Source: Carcharhinus amblyrhynchos
Taxonomy: Eukaryota
DNA: 64,000 bases
Direction of reading: 5' to 3'
NCBI GenBank assembly: GCA_965287045.1
Contig: OZ336874.1
Coordinates: forward strand, 40,548,001-40,612,000
Below the pieces are notes generated by a model. It worked only from the letters and a program-made list of their open reading frames with translations. It made no database searches and was not told the DNA's origin. Below are positions 1 to 14,213 of this stretch, one piece after another (within the stretch, counting starts at the first letter, position 1; each line of letters opens with the position of its first letter). Position numbers and translations under genes: made by a program.

Positions 1-180
1 CAGTAGGAATAAAAGGTAATTTTCAGGTTACAATATGGAACGATGCGGCAAAGATCAGGAGTTTGGGTCTCAGCTATTTATAAAACACATCAATGAAAGG
101 ACCATGTGCCTGTTGCCGACAATACAAAACTAGGCTGAAAAGTAGGCAGAAGACAAGAACATAAAGCTACAAATGCTGCT
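1..180 (+). mobile_element. Degenerate CR1 RT fragment
   Basis: Remnants of the LGPQLF..YIND and FADDTK coding segments (gggtctcagctattt...atcaatga...gccgacaatacaaaactagg). Confidence 0.5.
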
Positions 181-1099
181 TTGCCCACTCAAATAATGAG
201 GGGAGAAGTATTATTTTGGTAGTAGTTCTTCTAAAAATAGTATTGGCACTCTCAGGGATTTGAGTGCCTTTATATATGAATCAAAATCAATGTAGTGAAG
301 GGTAGCAATATAATGGTCATAGATTAGTCCCAAAGATGATGAAGTTGAGTGTTCCCTGAAGGGGGAGGGAAGAGAGAGAGGGAGAGGAGGAGGCAAGTGA
401 AGCATAGAACATGCTTCACAATGTAGTCACTGTTGTCATTATAGTATTGTAACTGTCAAAAATATACAAAGTCTGAAGAACAAATGTAATTGTAAAAAAA
501 AAAGGCATAGTTGCCAGAAACTACATTGCACTTCCAAGTGAAGGAAGCTGAACCCAAATTTAGTAGTGGATGCAGTAATGTGACTCAAAAATCTATGACT
601 GCAAAAGTAAACAAGTGCTTGAAAATGGAATTCTGGAGATGCAGGAAATAATATTAGAGAGAGCAAAGTATTGATAAGCCTAATTGCATGATAGATCATA
701 AAACAGAACCTAAAAGAACCAAAAATTATTCTTGTAACAAATCAGTGGGGGGGGGTATGGGCAATGAACCTGTCTCAATATCAAGAATTACAAGGTCTGT
801 AATAATAAACTACCAATATGTTGAATAATGGAAACAAGCAGTAGAATAATACACCACCCAAGCAATGTGGAATTTGAATGAAAAAACAAGGGGCATTTTG
901 GTTGCATACAAGATTAAAAGGATAAGGATAGAGAGGCCATAATCTTGAGAAACAAAATGGCACGTAGGCCTTCTACAAAAATTACAAAGCAGTCAATTGG
1001 TCAGAGATCTGCACCTGCACAAGTAAAGGTCAAGTTCTCTCTATTGACAGATGCTGACAAAAGCATTCAAAAAGTTGTGATGAAATGCAATGCAGGGCA

Positions 1100-1325
1100 C
1101 ATGTAACTGGGTGATGCAGGTGTCATTTAGATGGATGGATGTTAGTGATGCAGAGTAATCAAAAGCATGGGTTCAGTTCCCCAACCGGCTGAGGTCATTT
1201 ACAAAGTCTGTGCTTCTCACCCGAGGTGTGGTGATCCTCAGGTTAAATCACCACCAGTCCACTCTCCCCCTTAAAAAGGGGAGAGCTGCCTACGGTCATC
1301 TGGTACTATGGCAACTTGATCTTTA
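1100..1325 (+). mobile_element. tRNA-derived SINE, decayed
   Basis: B-box-like gggttcagttccc followed by a body typical of shark SINEs (gtggtgatcctcaggttaaatcaccaccag...). Confidence 0.55.
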
Positions 1326-2329
1326 CACTTCTGTTCATAAGGCTGACTGGGAAACTGCTTGTACCACTGATCAGTCTCCATTTTAAAACATTAAAATTGG
1401 AAAATTGAGCCACTTGAGGTCAGAGCCCACAACAGGAGTGGTAACAAACTGATTAGAAAACTTCACATAATATTTGCCCAATGCAGCTGCAATAAGTCTA
1501 TAAATCAAACATTGCAGGAAATGGGAAACAAAATTTGATGTCTGAAATAAATGCCTTCCTTTAAAAAATGTACAAATATCTGGTAGTAATACTTGACTAG
1601 CAATTTAGCAGGTTATTTCCATGAGCTGTTATGAAAAGTTTGAATCTTCAAATTTACATTTCTGGATTGTCAGTATACTTATGTAGAATGCTTGTTTGTG
1701 CACAGGCCTTTTAAATGTTTGGAACTCATTTGGTAAGGGGCAGGCTTATGCACAGCCTGCATAGGAACTATCAACTGAAGAAATAATGGTTGGAATAAAG
1801 GTCTGACAAGCAATATTTTACTTCTCATTTTGGTGGTTGTGATTACAGGGGTGATCTTGAGCCTGTGCTTGCCACTCTGATCTCAGTGGAGCTGGGCTTT
1901 GCCCCCCACCACATCACAGCATGAAACACAACACTATCATTTTTTGGTCAGATTTCCCCCCCACATTTTTAGTGACTACTATATACAAATAGACATAAAA
2001 ATTAAAAAACCAGGAAGAACTATACTTAAAAAGGGAGCTTTGGAATTAAAGTTTAGAATATTCATATATTAGGATCCTCACTCCAAATCCATACATTGGC
2101 CCAACATCTTGCTCATCTTTGGGCAAGTTTACAGTACTCTGCCTTTTAAGCTTTGAAAAAATATTAAATCCTTAGCACATGGTATTTTGTACCACAAAAA
2201 TGTGAAGCAAGCCTAGAAGGAATTGTAAATCAGATTACGTGAAAAGGTTGCATCTAAAAACAGAAAAAAAAACTTGGATAAAGCAGGTATCCATAATCTA
2301 GTTACTTTTTTTTTTAAATGTTGTGCAAG

Positions 2330-3030
2330 GGATCGGTTAAATGCAATTTCTGACCTTTAATTTGTGCCAAACTGCTCGTCTGACATCTGGTCTTGGATGA
2401 GCTGCAATTTTCTCCATCTAAACAGTAAAAAGTTCAAAGCCATCATTTCCAGCCCTTGGCTGAAACACTGTCCCCTCAGCACCAACTCCATTCCTCCCAC
2501 TTCACCACATCACCCTTCCCTCCATACATCTCCAACTTAGACTTGTTGGAGCCTCAAGCTGAACTCAGATCCAATATTTTCGCCATCACAGAACGGTCTA
2601 CTTTCAGCTCAACGATGACACATCTCACCCCATGGACTTCCCTTCCATCAGTCTCCAAGCCTCCTTCAGTAAAGATCAGCTTATGCTAAACTATGCCGGC
2701 ATGCTATGGAAAAAAAATCCCACCACTGCATTCATACTTCTTGCCGATTTATATCTGTTCCCTGTTCATTACCTCAAATTTATTGTGCATTTCAATCACG
2801 GTTTCATATATTCCCATCTCCAACCTCCACTAGTCCAAATTTCTGGCAGACATTCTCCCTTTTCACCCTAATGGCAACTATGCTTTCAGCTGCCTAGCAT
2901 CACGCTTCATTCTCTCCTTAAATTCCATCTCTGGCCAAGTTTTTGGTCACTTCGTATAATTTTTGGTGGTGTCTTTTTCCACATGCCACGTGGGATGATT
3001 ATACACATTAAAGAAGCTACAGAAATACAA
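2330..3030 (+). mobile_element. L2-like LINE 3' fragment, decayed
   Basis: Remnants of the RT C-terminal coding region and an L2-like tail (gggatgattatacacattaaagaagctacagaaataca). Confidence 0.55.
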
Positions 3031-6000
3031 AACTGCCAAAAAAAGCAAACATTTTCTAATGAATTCACTTATTCAATAATGATGGCTGACTCATACAAAA
3101 CTACTTCAGTGGCAAATAGGAGGGAGCAAAGCAAAATGATAGAGATTGTAGAATGCAGTTGAGCATTTTGGCTGGATAGTGTTTCATACCAAGTTTTTAC
3201 ATGGCAAGGAGATCAGATCTGCAAATTAACACTGCACTGGGCTGATACTAACTGCAAAGGAGACCCAAATGAAGCAGATAAAACTGTTGTTGGTTTACTG
3301 CTATGCCAGGTTTAGAAAGCCTAAGTAATAACTTTAGGAACAAAAAGGCACCAGCAAATTTGAAATTCTAGGAAAGAACACAAGAATACTTGGAACAAAG
3401 GGCTATTTGCCCAATCAATACTAACTGATGCTTTCATAATCCACATATATGACCTTGCTATCAAGATATTGAAACTTGACTCATGCCCAGCATAATAATA
3501 GTTTGTTGTCCACTTCCTGGGCCAAGATTTAAATGTTTATTAGACATTCCATATATATGCTGCCCTACATACAAAGAAATAGGAGGCTATTCAGCCCTTA
3601 AAAGTTCCCCATTCAATGAGATAAATTGCCGATTCTTTACTTCCATTTTCATCTTGACATTATCCCCACATTGGCAAGTTTTGAATTTAGAACTGCGAGA
3701 CCATGCAACATTGTGATTGAGAAAATTTAGGCAAGGAATAGCTAAAAGCAAAGTCAGAGTTAAACAAATGATGTGAAGCAATACAGTTTAGCCACGCACT
3801 GCTATCTTACACCTCCTTGGGAGCCAGTTTGACTACTTCTCAATGAGTTTAAACATTTTTTGCTCTCCTGTAAATTGACAGCAGCAAGCATGCAGTTAAG
3901 TTACTTCAAACTTACTTTTTTTTCTATATTTAGATAAATTTGGCCAGTCGTATACACCAGTCAGGCAGAAATTAGAATAAGGAAACAATATAAATAAGTG
4001 GTACTAGCATTCTGTTCTGTCATCTCCTAGACATGAATCTTTACAGATGCTTCAAAAGTATTTTGCAATATTATTGTCAAAACACAACTAAAACATAAGC
4101 TGGGATAATTGTATGATCAAATAACCATGGATAAACCCGCTTGCTGCAATGTATTGGGTAAACATACAAGAGAAAGGCACAAGGATTGCTGAATCTACTT
4201 TTAAAAGTGGGAGCTTCAGTTTTTGTTTGAAGTAATTTAAAAATTCAGCTGTCTACTCCTAAAATACATCTCCCTTTAGGTCACAGGTAGCCAAAGGCAG
4301 TGATTTAGCAGTGTTTACCATGACCCAAGTCTGGCTGCAACCCTAATATAACAATCCACCCACCGTTGCAATGGAGAAAAATCAACTACAGGAAAATTAC
4401 AAGTTATTAGCTAAAGTTGCATTATTTACTAAGGAAGCAGCCCTCAAAAATGTACTGCACTGCTGAATTTATCATTTGTGTTTTCTTCCCCCTCCAGAGC
4501 CCCTTTAAAATAGATTTGCTGTACTTGTGAACATAGATTGAGGTACTGCATCCTGCCCTTTGAAAACTTCTGTATGCAATTTCTTTCTCCCCCTTCCCCT
4601 CCCCCCATTACTTCAGTGGATTAATGTTATCCTTGCTGAAATTTACTAACCTTCATCCCACCATCTCATTTTTTACTGACCAGCATAAAAGTTTATTCAG
4701 CACAACAGTATTGAAGCATTGCAATTTCAATTGCAGCTCATTTTACTGGGAACCACTGTCTCAGTTTTTGCAAACCCCCCAAAAGTCAGTCATGCAGTTT
4801 TTTTTTGCAAGTTTTTTCCTGTATCTGTTATAGGTGTATTTTAAAAACAAATGCATCCATCAGTAGCCATTGTGTTGGACTATTTACATATACACAATTT
4901 GTTAATTCAGTAATTTTAAGACCTGTAACAAACTCCAGGTAAAACCAGTAGTGGCTGGGCTATCCTGGGAAGAGACAAGGTGATGAGCATGATTTCTATT
5001 TAAATATCAAATTATTTCTATATGGCTGTCTCCTCAAAAATAGCATTAGAATTAATTAGATTGAACAACGTGATTGCTTCGTTACAGTGCATGCCATGCT
5101 GCGAATTGCATTTTCAACTGGGTGCTGATTGCTTGATTTTCAATTGGTTATTCATTGCTTATTTGTATTTTTAATTAACCTTCAGTCAACTGGATATTTA
5201 TAAACTTAAAAACACTTATTATATCAGAGGCTACAAACCAGGTGCGATGTGAAGTACTTCATCTCTTCAAGGACTAATAGTTGCTCTCAGCTCAGGAGTC
5301 AAATTCCACATCCAATTTAGGAGCACTTGTTTTTGTAGCAAAGAAGCCATTGCTCGCAAGTAAATACTACCTTCACGTTCAAGTGCATAACCAAAGCATC
5401 TCAAGGGGCAAAACTGGCATAATGCTGTTGCAGAACCACCCACCCACACAACTCACTGCAAACTCTCCTCACTTTTTCCAGAAAAAAAATTTCCCTTTCT
5501 GCAAAAAAGAAGTTCTCCTACAAAGGAAATAGCCAACGGCTGACAGCATTGATGCCTATTTCAATATTGGGACCTTGGTGCCTGATCTTGCTAAGCATTA
5601 GCGAGATGGTAGCCATTTAAAACAAAATTTACTTACTACAACAAGCTTTCAATATCTGAAAGTTTAAGATGAATTAGAGGTAGGTGGCAGGACAATCACA
5701 TTTCACAGGAGTATACTGCCTAGCAGTATAATTCCACTCTGCAGCACTGCTATTGCATTTTAGGACCATGACCCTGCTAACTAGTGTTGAGAGAATGAGG
5801 TTAAAAAGGCAAGAAAGTGATTAACTTCGTATCTGGAGCAATGGATTTTGGATGGTCACGTGCACTGAAATACAAAAAAAGGAAGTCAATTTTTCTTCCT
5901 GCAAGAGGACCAGCTATTTGTAGGAGGCACAGCATTGGTTAGGACAATTGAGTTCTTCATGGATAAGGGATAGCTGTGTCAGATTTCCTAATGCACCAGA

Positions 6001-6930
6001 AACAAGCAGAATAAGGTTAGCTTATTGGGCAGACAGAACAAACGGGGAAAAAAAAAGAGAAAATGGAAATGTCCATGCAGACTTTTACAATTCTCAAACA
6101 TCTAGATGACAGCAACTCGTTTGTTCAGAATGAAAGCTGGAAAAATATTATTAAATGAAGTCAATGCTAGAAAATCTTCTGGATAGTGATCATTGTCAAG
6201 ACACTGGGATAGTGACAGGCAAGGCCAATTGGGCTTCTGGAAAGTTGAAGTTGTCCAAATGAAAGCATAATGATTTTGACAGGCCAGTAGGTTTCCTGAA
6301 GCATTCCTGAATCCCAAGATTTCCGACAAACCAATAGACGCTGCATAGTCAAGTCTTCATATTCTTGCATCCTGGATTTTGCTGTTGAGTTCTCTAATCT
6401 GTTCACCCTGTACGCCAAATGATCATGCGTAAAATACACTGTTGTGAACTGCAGCCTAAAAGCAAGGAAGCATCGCCTTAAAACAAACAAGGTGCAGTAA
6501 GTTCCAGTACTACACAAGCTATGTGGGATGGTGGCCAGCATGGAAATACCAGTTGAACATCCATAATGTTCAAATAGTGATCAATAGACGTCACTGGTCA
6601 CGGCCACAGAACAAACTGTGTATTGGAAAGATCCCTTAATTTGCATTTCTAGTCAAGACCACCTAATCATATTGTACTTTTCTGTGGGAATCAGGTTTGA
6701 ATTGCAAATCACATTGCACTGAACAGTACTTTCCCCAGATCTGCATCTCATCCTAGTTTTAGTTGGTCAATATCAGTCAGCTAAGGAAGTGATTTGAAGC
6801 CCTTCTAGTCCTGGTGCCTTGAGAGCTGAAGGTACAAGAGGTCACCTACCTGCTTTAGCCAACAATGCATGGCAGATTCATTGAAGATGAAATATAATGA
6901 CCTCAAATTCTAACCAAAGATTTTACATTA

Positions 6931-7170
<240 letters not shown>

Positions 7171-7364
7171 TCACTGTACATCAATCCAATCACTTCTCCA
7201 AACTAATGTTAACTTTGTGATAGTAGAAGGCAGTCATTCACTATTAGATCTAATTAACAGGTTTTGAGAATTAGTCTCTCAAACCTAAGACTGTTTAACA
7301 ATGAATTCTCCAAAGTATGCAAACAAAAAAACTGGCATCATTGAAAATGGCCATGAAGTAGCAT

Positions 7365-7545
7365 TCTAGTGAAGTCCCTTTAAAGGAAAGAGAACTGCTG
7401 TCCTTTACCTAACCCTGCCTCATGTGCAATTTTGGACCTGCATCAACGTGAAATGACTTTAAACTGTGCCCAAGCAAATTTGTTATTGCCACCACCTTCA
7501 GGGAAACTGGAAATAGTAAATGCTAGCCAGGTCAGTACTGACCAC
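7365..7545 (+). mobile_element. Decayed SINE/LINE fragment with GGGCAATAAATGCTGGCC-type tail
   Basis: Similar to the tails at ~12560, ~29375, ~31080, ~57375 and ~59730. Confidence 0.4.
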
Positions 7546-9099
7546 TTCAAATTAAGGACCATACAACTCCAATTAAATCTTGAGCTAGTCTTCTGTAGAA
7601 TATACTGTTTTCCTTTCTAGTCCTAGAGTAGCCTGGATCAAGGCCAAGGATTTGGCATTTTTATAAAACGATCTTGCATTATCACAACTGTTCCTAAATT
7701 ACAATTCTAACCAAAAGCTAAGAATCCTGCATTTCATTCTAGAATCTCTAGAATCACTAAAATCACAATTGTATTTGGAGTCAAACTATTAGTCTCAAGT
7801 CTGTCATTTCAATTATATTGCACTTAAGTAGAATGTCACAGTCATTATTCAGATCTGTAAACTTACATTAAATGCTGATCAGAATTAAAGCCATGCAATC
7901 ATAATTCAACCAAGTCAACGTCTCAAGTTAATCCAAAATAGCTCCCTCCCCTCTTGTAATACTTCCCAATTTTAGTGGGAAAGTGAAAACAAGATAATAT
8001 ACTATTGAATTATACAAAAGGTAAACTTGAGTGCACCAATAACCTTTGTTTTTGGTGACTCAAGTTTATTAGGTTCCAAATCCTTGCTTTCAGTAAGCTA
8101 TTGGATAGAGTTCCACCATTTGACACAAATTCAGTTTTGCTACACAAGGCTCCTGATGACTCTAAGATTTAAGGCTGCATTTTATTCATCCCTAGTTGCT
8201 CTGAAATAAGCAATATGTAATTTGATACATACAAGTCAACAATGTTGATATGGGATTAGATTTCCCTGCTTATAAGAACACAATTATGACTGATCAATAT
8301 CCAAGATTCATTCAATTACTTTGGTTTGTGCTAGTGTGTTACATTTCCACCACCTCGTGTCAATAAATGTTTCTCTGGCCCATCCTAACTCCTCTTTCTC
8401 TTCCACTGCCCAAAATCCTATCGCCCCTTAGTTTTCTACATTCTAGGGGATAAAAGCCTAATTTATGCAACTCTTCTTCATAATCTAATCTTAGTGTCTT
8501 GGTGAATTTGCATTACATTCCTTCAAATGCCCGTTTAGCCCAGGGTTCAATGAATGAAATTGTATGAAGTAATCTGCCCTGGTTCTACCATCTCTATATA
8601 TGATTTGGCAAATAGAATTACTTGGAATAATTGCTACATTTTTTGTCACCCTCCAAAAGGCGAGAGAGATGTACAAATACTTTTCTGGCAAGCAAATTAT
8701 TTGAAAAATGCTACTGCCAGGCTAGGAGCATTACTTTAAAGTTTATAGTACATATCTATTCAACTGAACCCACAGAATCTTGTCCAAGATGTGTTTCTGG
8801 AGAAAGGGAAGCAAGAGGAAAAAAAAGTGGGGGTAGGAAAAGTGGTTGGTAGTATCAAGCATGAATTGAAGTGTTCCAATGAAACCGAGATCAGTAAGAA
8901 CTTCAGCTACATCCCGCAGCTGACATCTATTGATAATTACGTTGATAACTGCACATGAAAACATTAAGAAAATCTTTCCAATTTTAGAATACTGCACTAT
9001 ACTACTTCCCTCACTATTGGAGCAGTACAGAATATTTGTGACACAAAAGTGCAGCCAGTTCAAGTTTGGGAATGGATAGATTCTTGACCAGGAAGTTCA

Positions 9100-10290
9100 A
9101 TGGCCAACCCTTCCTAACTATGACTTCAACTTTGTTTCAAGATCCATGCCAACCCATAACTATCTAGCCTACATTTCCCCTCTCACGTGCTTCCTGTAGG
9201 GACTTCCCCTGATAGGGCTGCTTTATTCCTCAGCCGAGGATTCCCTCCCCAGCTACTTTTCATGCACTACTACTCAGCTCTTTGCTCCCAGAACCTGGAC
9301 AGGCTTCTACTTGCCCTCCCCTTCCATCCCACCAGCATCTAACCAACAGATCATCTTCTGCCATTTCCCCTAGTGCAATGTGACCAAACACCTTTCCCCT
9401 CCTCTTTCAGCATTATGAACAGAGGGATCATTTAGTTCTATATCCAAGCCATTAATCACTCCCAACATATCATTCCTTGGGTACCTTTCCATTCAGCAGC
9501 AGGAGATGCAGTAACTGTCCTAAGCTCCACTTTCCAGTGGAAATTACACTTTACAATTTCATATACTGTATTCCCCGTTCGCAACGTGGTCTCCTCTACA
9601 TTAGGGAATACATGAAACAGACTGGCGATAGGTATGATACATTTTTATTTGAGTTGGTCTGTTTAGTTTATTTATCCTTTCATGATGGCTTTTATGTAGC
9701 TATTCATGCCTCATTTGGACATAAAAGTTATGATGGTAGATTAGAGAAGTTGGGACTGTAGCCATGTTCAAAATCACAAGGGGTCTGGACACAGAAGATA
9801 GGAAAAAAAAACTGTTCTTGATAGTGAAAGAGAGCAAGCATGGGTTTAAAAATCACTGATGAAAACAAGGAAACCCCACTTCATGTCATGAGTGGTCATG
9901 TCTGGAATGCCCTGCACTTCATGGCAGAACCTGGTTCTATCAAAGCATGCAAAAGGAAATAAACTTATCTGAAAAAGACAGATTCTGCAAGGTTACAGGG
10001 AGGCAGCAAGAGAATGGCAAAGTAAATTGCTCATTTGGAGAAACAGTGCAGACAAAAATGGGTGAATCACCTCCCATGTTGAAACAATCCTGTGATTCTG
10101 TTATTATGCCCTTTACCACTTTAATGGTGTAAAGCTAATCTCCACTGCCTTCCACTATCTTCCTGGCCTCCTTCCAAAACACTGACTATTCCTATCTTTC
10201 TTCAGTTCTAATGAAAAAGGTAACTAACCTGAAGCATCAACTCACCCCACAAATGCTCCTTGACCTGTTTTTTTTCAGTATTTTGCAGTA
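9100..10290 (+). mobile_element. Penelope-like element remnant (GIY-YIG region and 3' tail) interrupted by a CR1 3' fragment at ~9735-10100
   Basis: ORF 9477-9761 contains NFIYCIPRSQRGLLYIRE, a decayed form of IYCI.C..CGLLYIGET. A tail typical of these elements is present at 10200-10285. Confidence 0.65.
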
Positions 10291-10619
10291 CCTGAAATAT
10301 TTAGGTTTTGGGAGAGATGAGGCAGAATAGATAGAATCAGTGCTTGGAGTAGCAAAAAGGAATATTTAGATTCAGATGGAGAAGACTCAAGTCAGTGACT
10401 GAAATGGAGACTTTTTTGATATTGAAAAATTGCTTAGGTGGCTAGTTGAAGTACAGCTTTAATTTGAGGTAAATAAAGGGTGTCATGTTATCTGTTCTAC
10501 AGTCTGCAAGAGGTCAAAGGGAAGCTTGTTTTATTGAGAAAAAGTGGAAGGGATTTACACTTAGACAATAGTAGCTATCTTGCATCAAGTTCTTTCTCTA
10601 CACCCCAACCATAACTAAT

Positions 10620-10733
10620 AGTACATTCTGCACTCACTCGTTTCCTTCTCTGAATGATATGTTTTGTCTGTATAGTGCGCAAGAAACAATACTTTTCACT
10701 GCGTGCTAATACATGTGATAATAAATCAAATCA
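10620..10733 (+). mobile_element. Short LINE 3'-end fragment with aatcaaatc tail
   Basis: tgtctgtatagtgcgcaagaaacaatacttttcactg...aataaatcaaatca resembles a common shark repeat end. Confidence 0.5.
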
Positions 10734-10749
10734 GTGATGTAAGATCACT

Positions 10750-11865
10750 GATCAAGTTAGAGTTGTTTTTACAAAAGGAGAGCACAAACAATATTAGAAA
10801 TATTCAGGATTAGGGGGTTTAAGGTGAGGCAGAGGAACTGAGGAAATCAGTATTTCTAGAGAAATGGCATTGGGGAAACTGATGGGATCGAAGGCTGAAA
10901 AATCCCCCGGGGCTTGATCATCTACCCGAGTATTTAAGTGACCCTTGAAATATTAGGCACATTGTGGTCATCTTCAAAAATTCTATAGATTTGAACAGTT
11001 CCTACAGATTGGAGGGTAGCTAACCTCGCAACTTAAAAAAGGGACAAAGAGGAAATGGAATTATAGACTGGTCAGCCTGACATTGAGGAAAATCAAATCA
11101 AAGCAGTGTACTTGTTGCAAACCTAGAGACCAAGTCGCCACAAGTCCCAGTGACGTTGAAGGTAATGCGTTTTAAACCAAAGGAAATTGGAATCAAGGAT
11201 AGTTAATTAGCATTTCTAGATACATGGTTATGTTATGTTTCACAATGCTATGGGGAACAGGGGGCATAGAAAGCCACAGATATGCATTACTGGCTTCACT
11301 CATGTTATAGCTATATAGAACCTTAGGTAGGCCACACTTGGAATATAGTGTTCAATGCTGGTTGTCAGACTACCAGAAGGATGTGGAGGCTTTGAAGGAT
11401 ACAGAAAAGATCTACCAGGATGTTGCCTGGCATGGAGGTAATTAGCTATGGGGGAAGAGATCGATGAGATTTGGTTTGCTCTCATTGGAACGATAGAGGT
11501 TGAGGGGCAACCTGAAAAAAGTCTAAGATGAGGGGCAAGGACAGAAGCTTTTTCCCCATGGCATAAGAGTCAATTACTAGAGGGCATAGATTTAAGGTGC
11601 GAGGATCAAGGTTCTCGCCCCCCCCCCCCCAAATCATCAGAGGGTAGTGGGTACCTGGAATGTGCTGCTAGGGGAGATAGTGGAAGCAGCTACAATAGTG
11701 GCTTTTAAAGGGATGTCTTGACCAGTACACAAATAGCATGAGAATTGAGGGATTATGGTCCCCAGGAGTGTGGGGAATTTTTAGTTCAGGCAGGCAGCAT
11801 GGTCAATGCAGGCTTGAAGGGCCAAAGGACCTGTCCCTATGCTGTAATTTTTAAATTCTTTGTTC
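10750..11865 (+). mobile_element. CR1 LINE fragments (RT N-terminal part and 3' end)
   Basis: Decayed NYRPVSLT and MLQLYRTLVRPHLEY coding segments. The 3' UTR ends ggccaaaggacctgtccctatgctgt. Confidence 0.75.
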
Positions 11866-12559
11866 ATTACAGAACAGTGAACATCACAGAAAGCAATTCT
11901 GTGCAGTCAGAGAGAAAAGGCCTCTTAGGCTGCCAACGTGGGAGGGTGTCTCACTGAAGTTTTAAAAACATGGAACCTTGACAAATCATTCTTTTGCTGT
12001 TAACTGAAGCTCAAATGAGGATGGAGATTGTAACAATACTTCTGTTTAGACAATGGATTAGGTAAACAGCATAACGAAAAAAGGAGAAATTTTTACTTGG
12101 TTAGGGTGGTCTCAATTTCTAAAAGAAGGCAACTGCTTACAAACATTTTTCTCAAATGGACTGCAGACCTTGAAGACAAAATGGCAGTTTTCAGACACAC
12201 ACAATAACAATTCAAGTATTTGTAAACCAAGTACTTGGAAATTAACACTTCATGATGGACCTTCAATCATTTGGTCATCCAAGGCAGATCACCAAAAAGA
12301 ATCTTGTTACTGGCTACACAAGTATTTAACGTCAAGGCCAGCACCCGTTTATACTGAACATTATTTTTGCTCACGTGATGTAAAGCAAACCCACCCAAGG
12401 ACTACGATGCCAAGATATCTCACCAGCACTTGTAGCTGAAAACAGCCAAAATTTAAAAGTGTGCCTTGCTGAAGGGGATCAGTTTCCATATCCAAGAATC
12501 CCATCCAACAGAGAGCTCAGCACTTCAAATTATCAGGTTTTACCAACATTGAGTAGCAT

Positions 12560-12700
12560 TCATGGGATGTGGGCATCTTTAGCTCAGCCACTACCTATTG
12601 TCCATCCATAATTACTCTTGGCAGTGGTGGTAGAGAGCTACCTCATGAACCGCTGCAGTCTGTGGTGTAGGTAAACTCAAGAGTGCTGTTAGGGAGGGAA
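12560..12700 (-). mobile_element. LINE 3'-tail fragment
   Basis: attcatgggatgtgggcatc...tattgtccatcc, the same tail family as 57375. Confidence 0.55.
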
Positions 12701-13874
12701 GACATTACTTGATACACAATACTTCAAATTCCATATCCACCCTTTAAGGGGAGACCTATTCAGTTAACTCAAAAACAACTTTTGAACACTGAAAAGGCCT
12801 GGCAAGCATGTCTGGCAAGATGCTCCAATTACACTACAAGGGGCATTCAGTTATCCAATTCAGAGGATCCTTTTTCCAAATGATGAGAGAAAATCTGTTA
12901 CAGGTCATTTAAAACTAAATTTCAAATCATGTAGTCAGACTTGAATAACATCAGCACAAAAGTGAAACTAAAAATTCTCATACTGAGCTTATGGCATTCC
13001 AATGTTTAAAAGAAATTAGAGACAAGAGATAAAGCCCAAAATGTCATAAAACACAGGTTTTATGTATACTAATGATGTAGATGTTGAGAGATTCTCTACC
13101 ACTTCATGAGGCTACAACTTTTTGTGGCAACATAGTTTCAAAAATCAGCACCCAGTCTTCTATCCAAAGAAGAAACAAGGTCTGCAGTTAACAGCTCTTC
13201 CAAGTTGCAGAAACTGATCCAAATGTTTTTTCACCCAACATGAATTTTTCACTTTAAAAGTAGGTACCGAAAATCAAGTTAAATTTCACCACCTTGTTGC
13301 TTGAACTTGCACAGCATGGCTGAATTGACAGCCAAATGACAGCTACAAATTCAAGCACTGCTGTTGGATGCAAGAATATTTAGATCTCGCACTCAATCTC
13401 AAAACATTTTAATTTTAGGAATATTTGTGTTTTCCAGGAAATGGAATGAAGCAGTAATGCCATGTAACCTGACACTTTAGAAACACAATATAATCCACTA
13501 TCAAAACTTTCCTGTGTTAAATTAGGGCACCGTCTCCTGCCTGAGTGACGGAAGAGTACAATAAGATAGTTCTCTTGCTTTGTGAGCAGTTTCCCCTTAA
13601 GTCAGTATGCAGCATAATGCCATTAGTTATTTGTGAGGCAGTTTGCACTGCAGTTTAGCTGAACTTCTTTAGTAATTGCACTTCAAAAAGTAAATAGTTG
13701 TGAAGTGCAGATATTTCAGTGGACAAAAGGTGTTATACAACTTGCTACGTTGCCCTATGCTCCAAAGTAGCCAACTAAGTGCACTGCCGATTTCAAAAAT
13801 TTAGTTCAAACCCAAACCTCAGACAACCACTTCCCATTTGTGATTCCAGCAGTCTAAACTGAGCCAGACTTTAA

Positions 13875-14213
13875 ATCATAGAATCCCTACAGTGCAGAAA
13901 CAGGCCACTTGGCCCATCGGGTCTGCACTGACCATGGTCCCACCCAGGCCCTACCCCCACATCCCTACATATTTTACCTGTTAATCCCTCTAACCTACAC
14001 ATCCCAGGATACTAAATGGGCAGTTTTAGCATGGCCAATCTACCTAACCCACACATCTTTGGACTGTGGGAGGAAACGTGAGTATCTGGAGAAAACCCAC
14101 ACAGACACAAGGAGAACATGCAAACTCCATGCAGACAGACAGTGACCCAAGCTGGGATCAAACCCAGGTCCATGGAGCTGTGAAGCAGCAGTGCTAACCA
14201 CTGCTACCATGCC
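13875..14213 (-). mobile_element. HE1-like tRNA-SINE, near full length
   Basis: The reverse strand begins GGCATGGTAGCAGTGGTTAGCACTGCTGC with A and B boxes and ends in the CR1-like tail ctgcactgtagggattctatgat. Confidence 0.85.
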
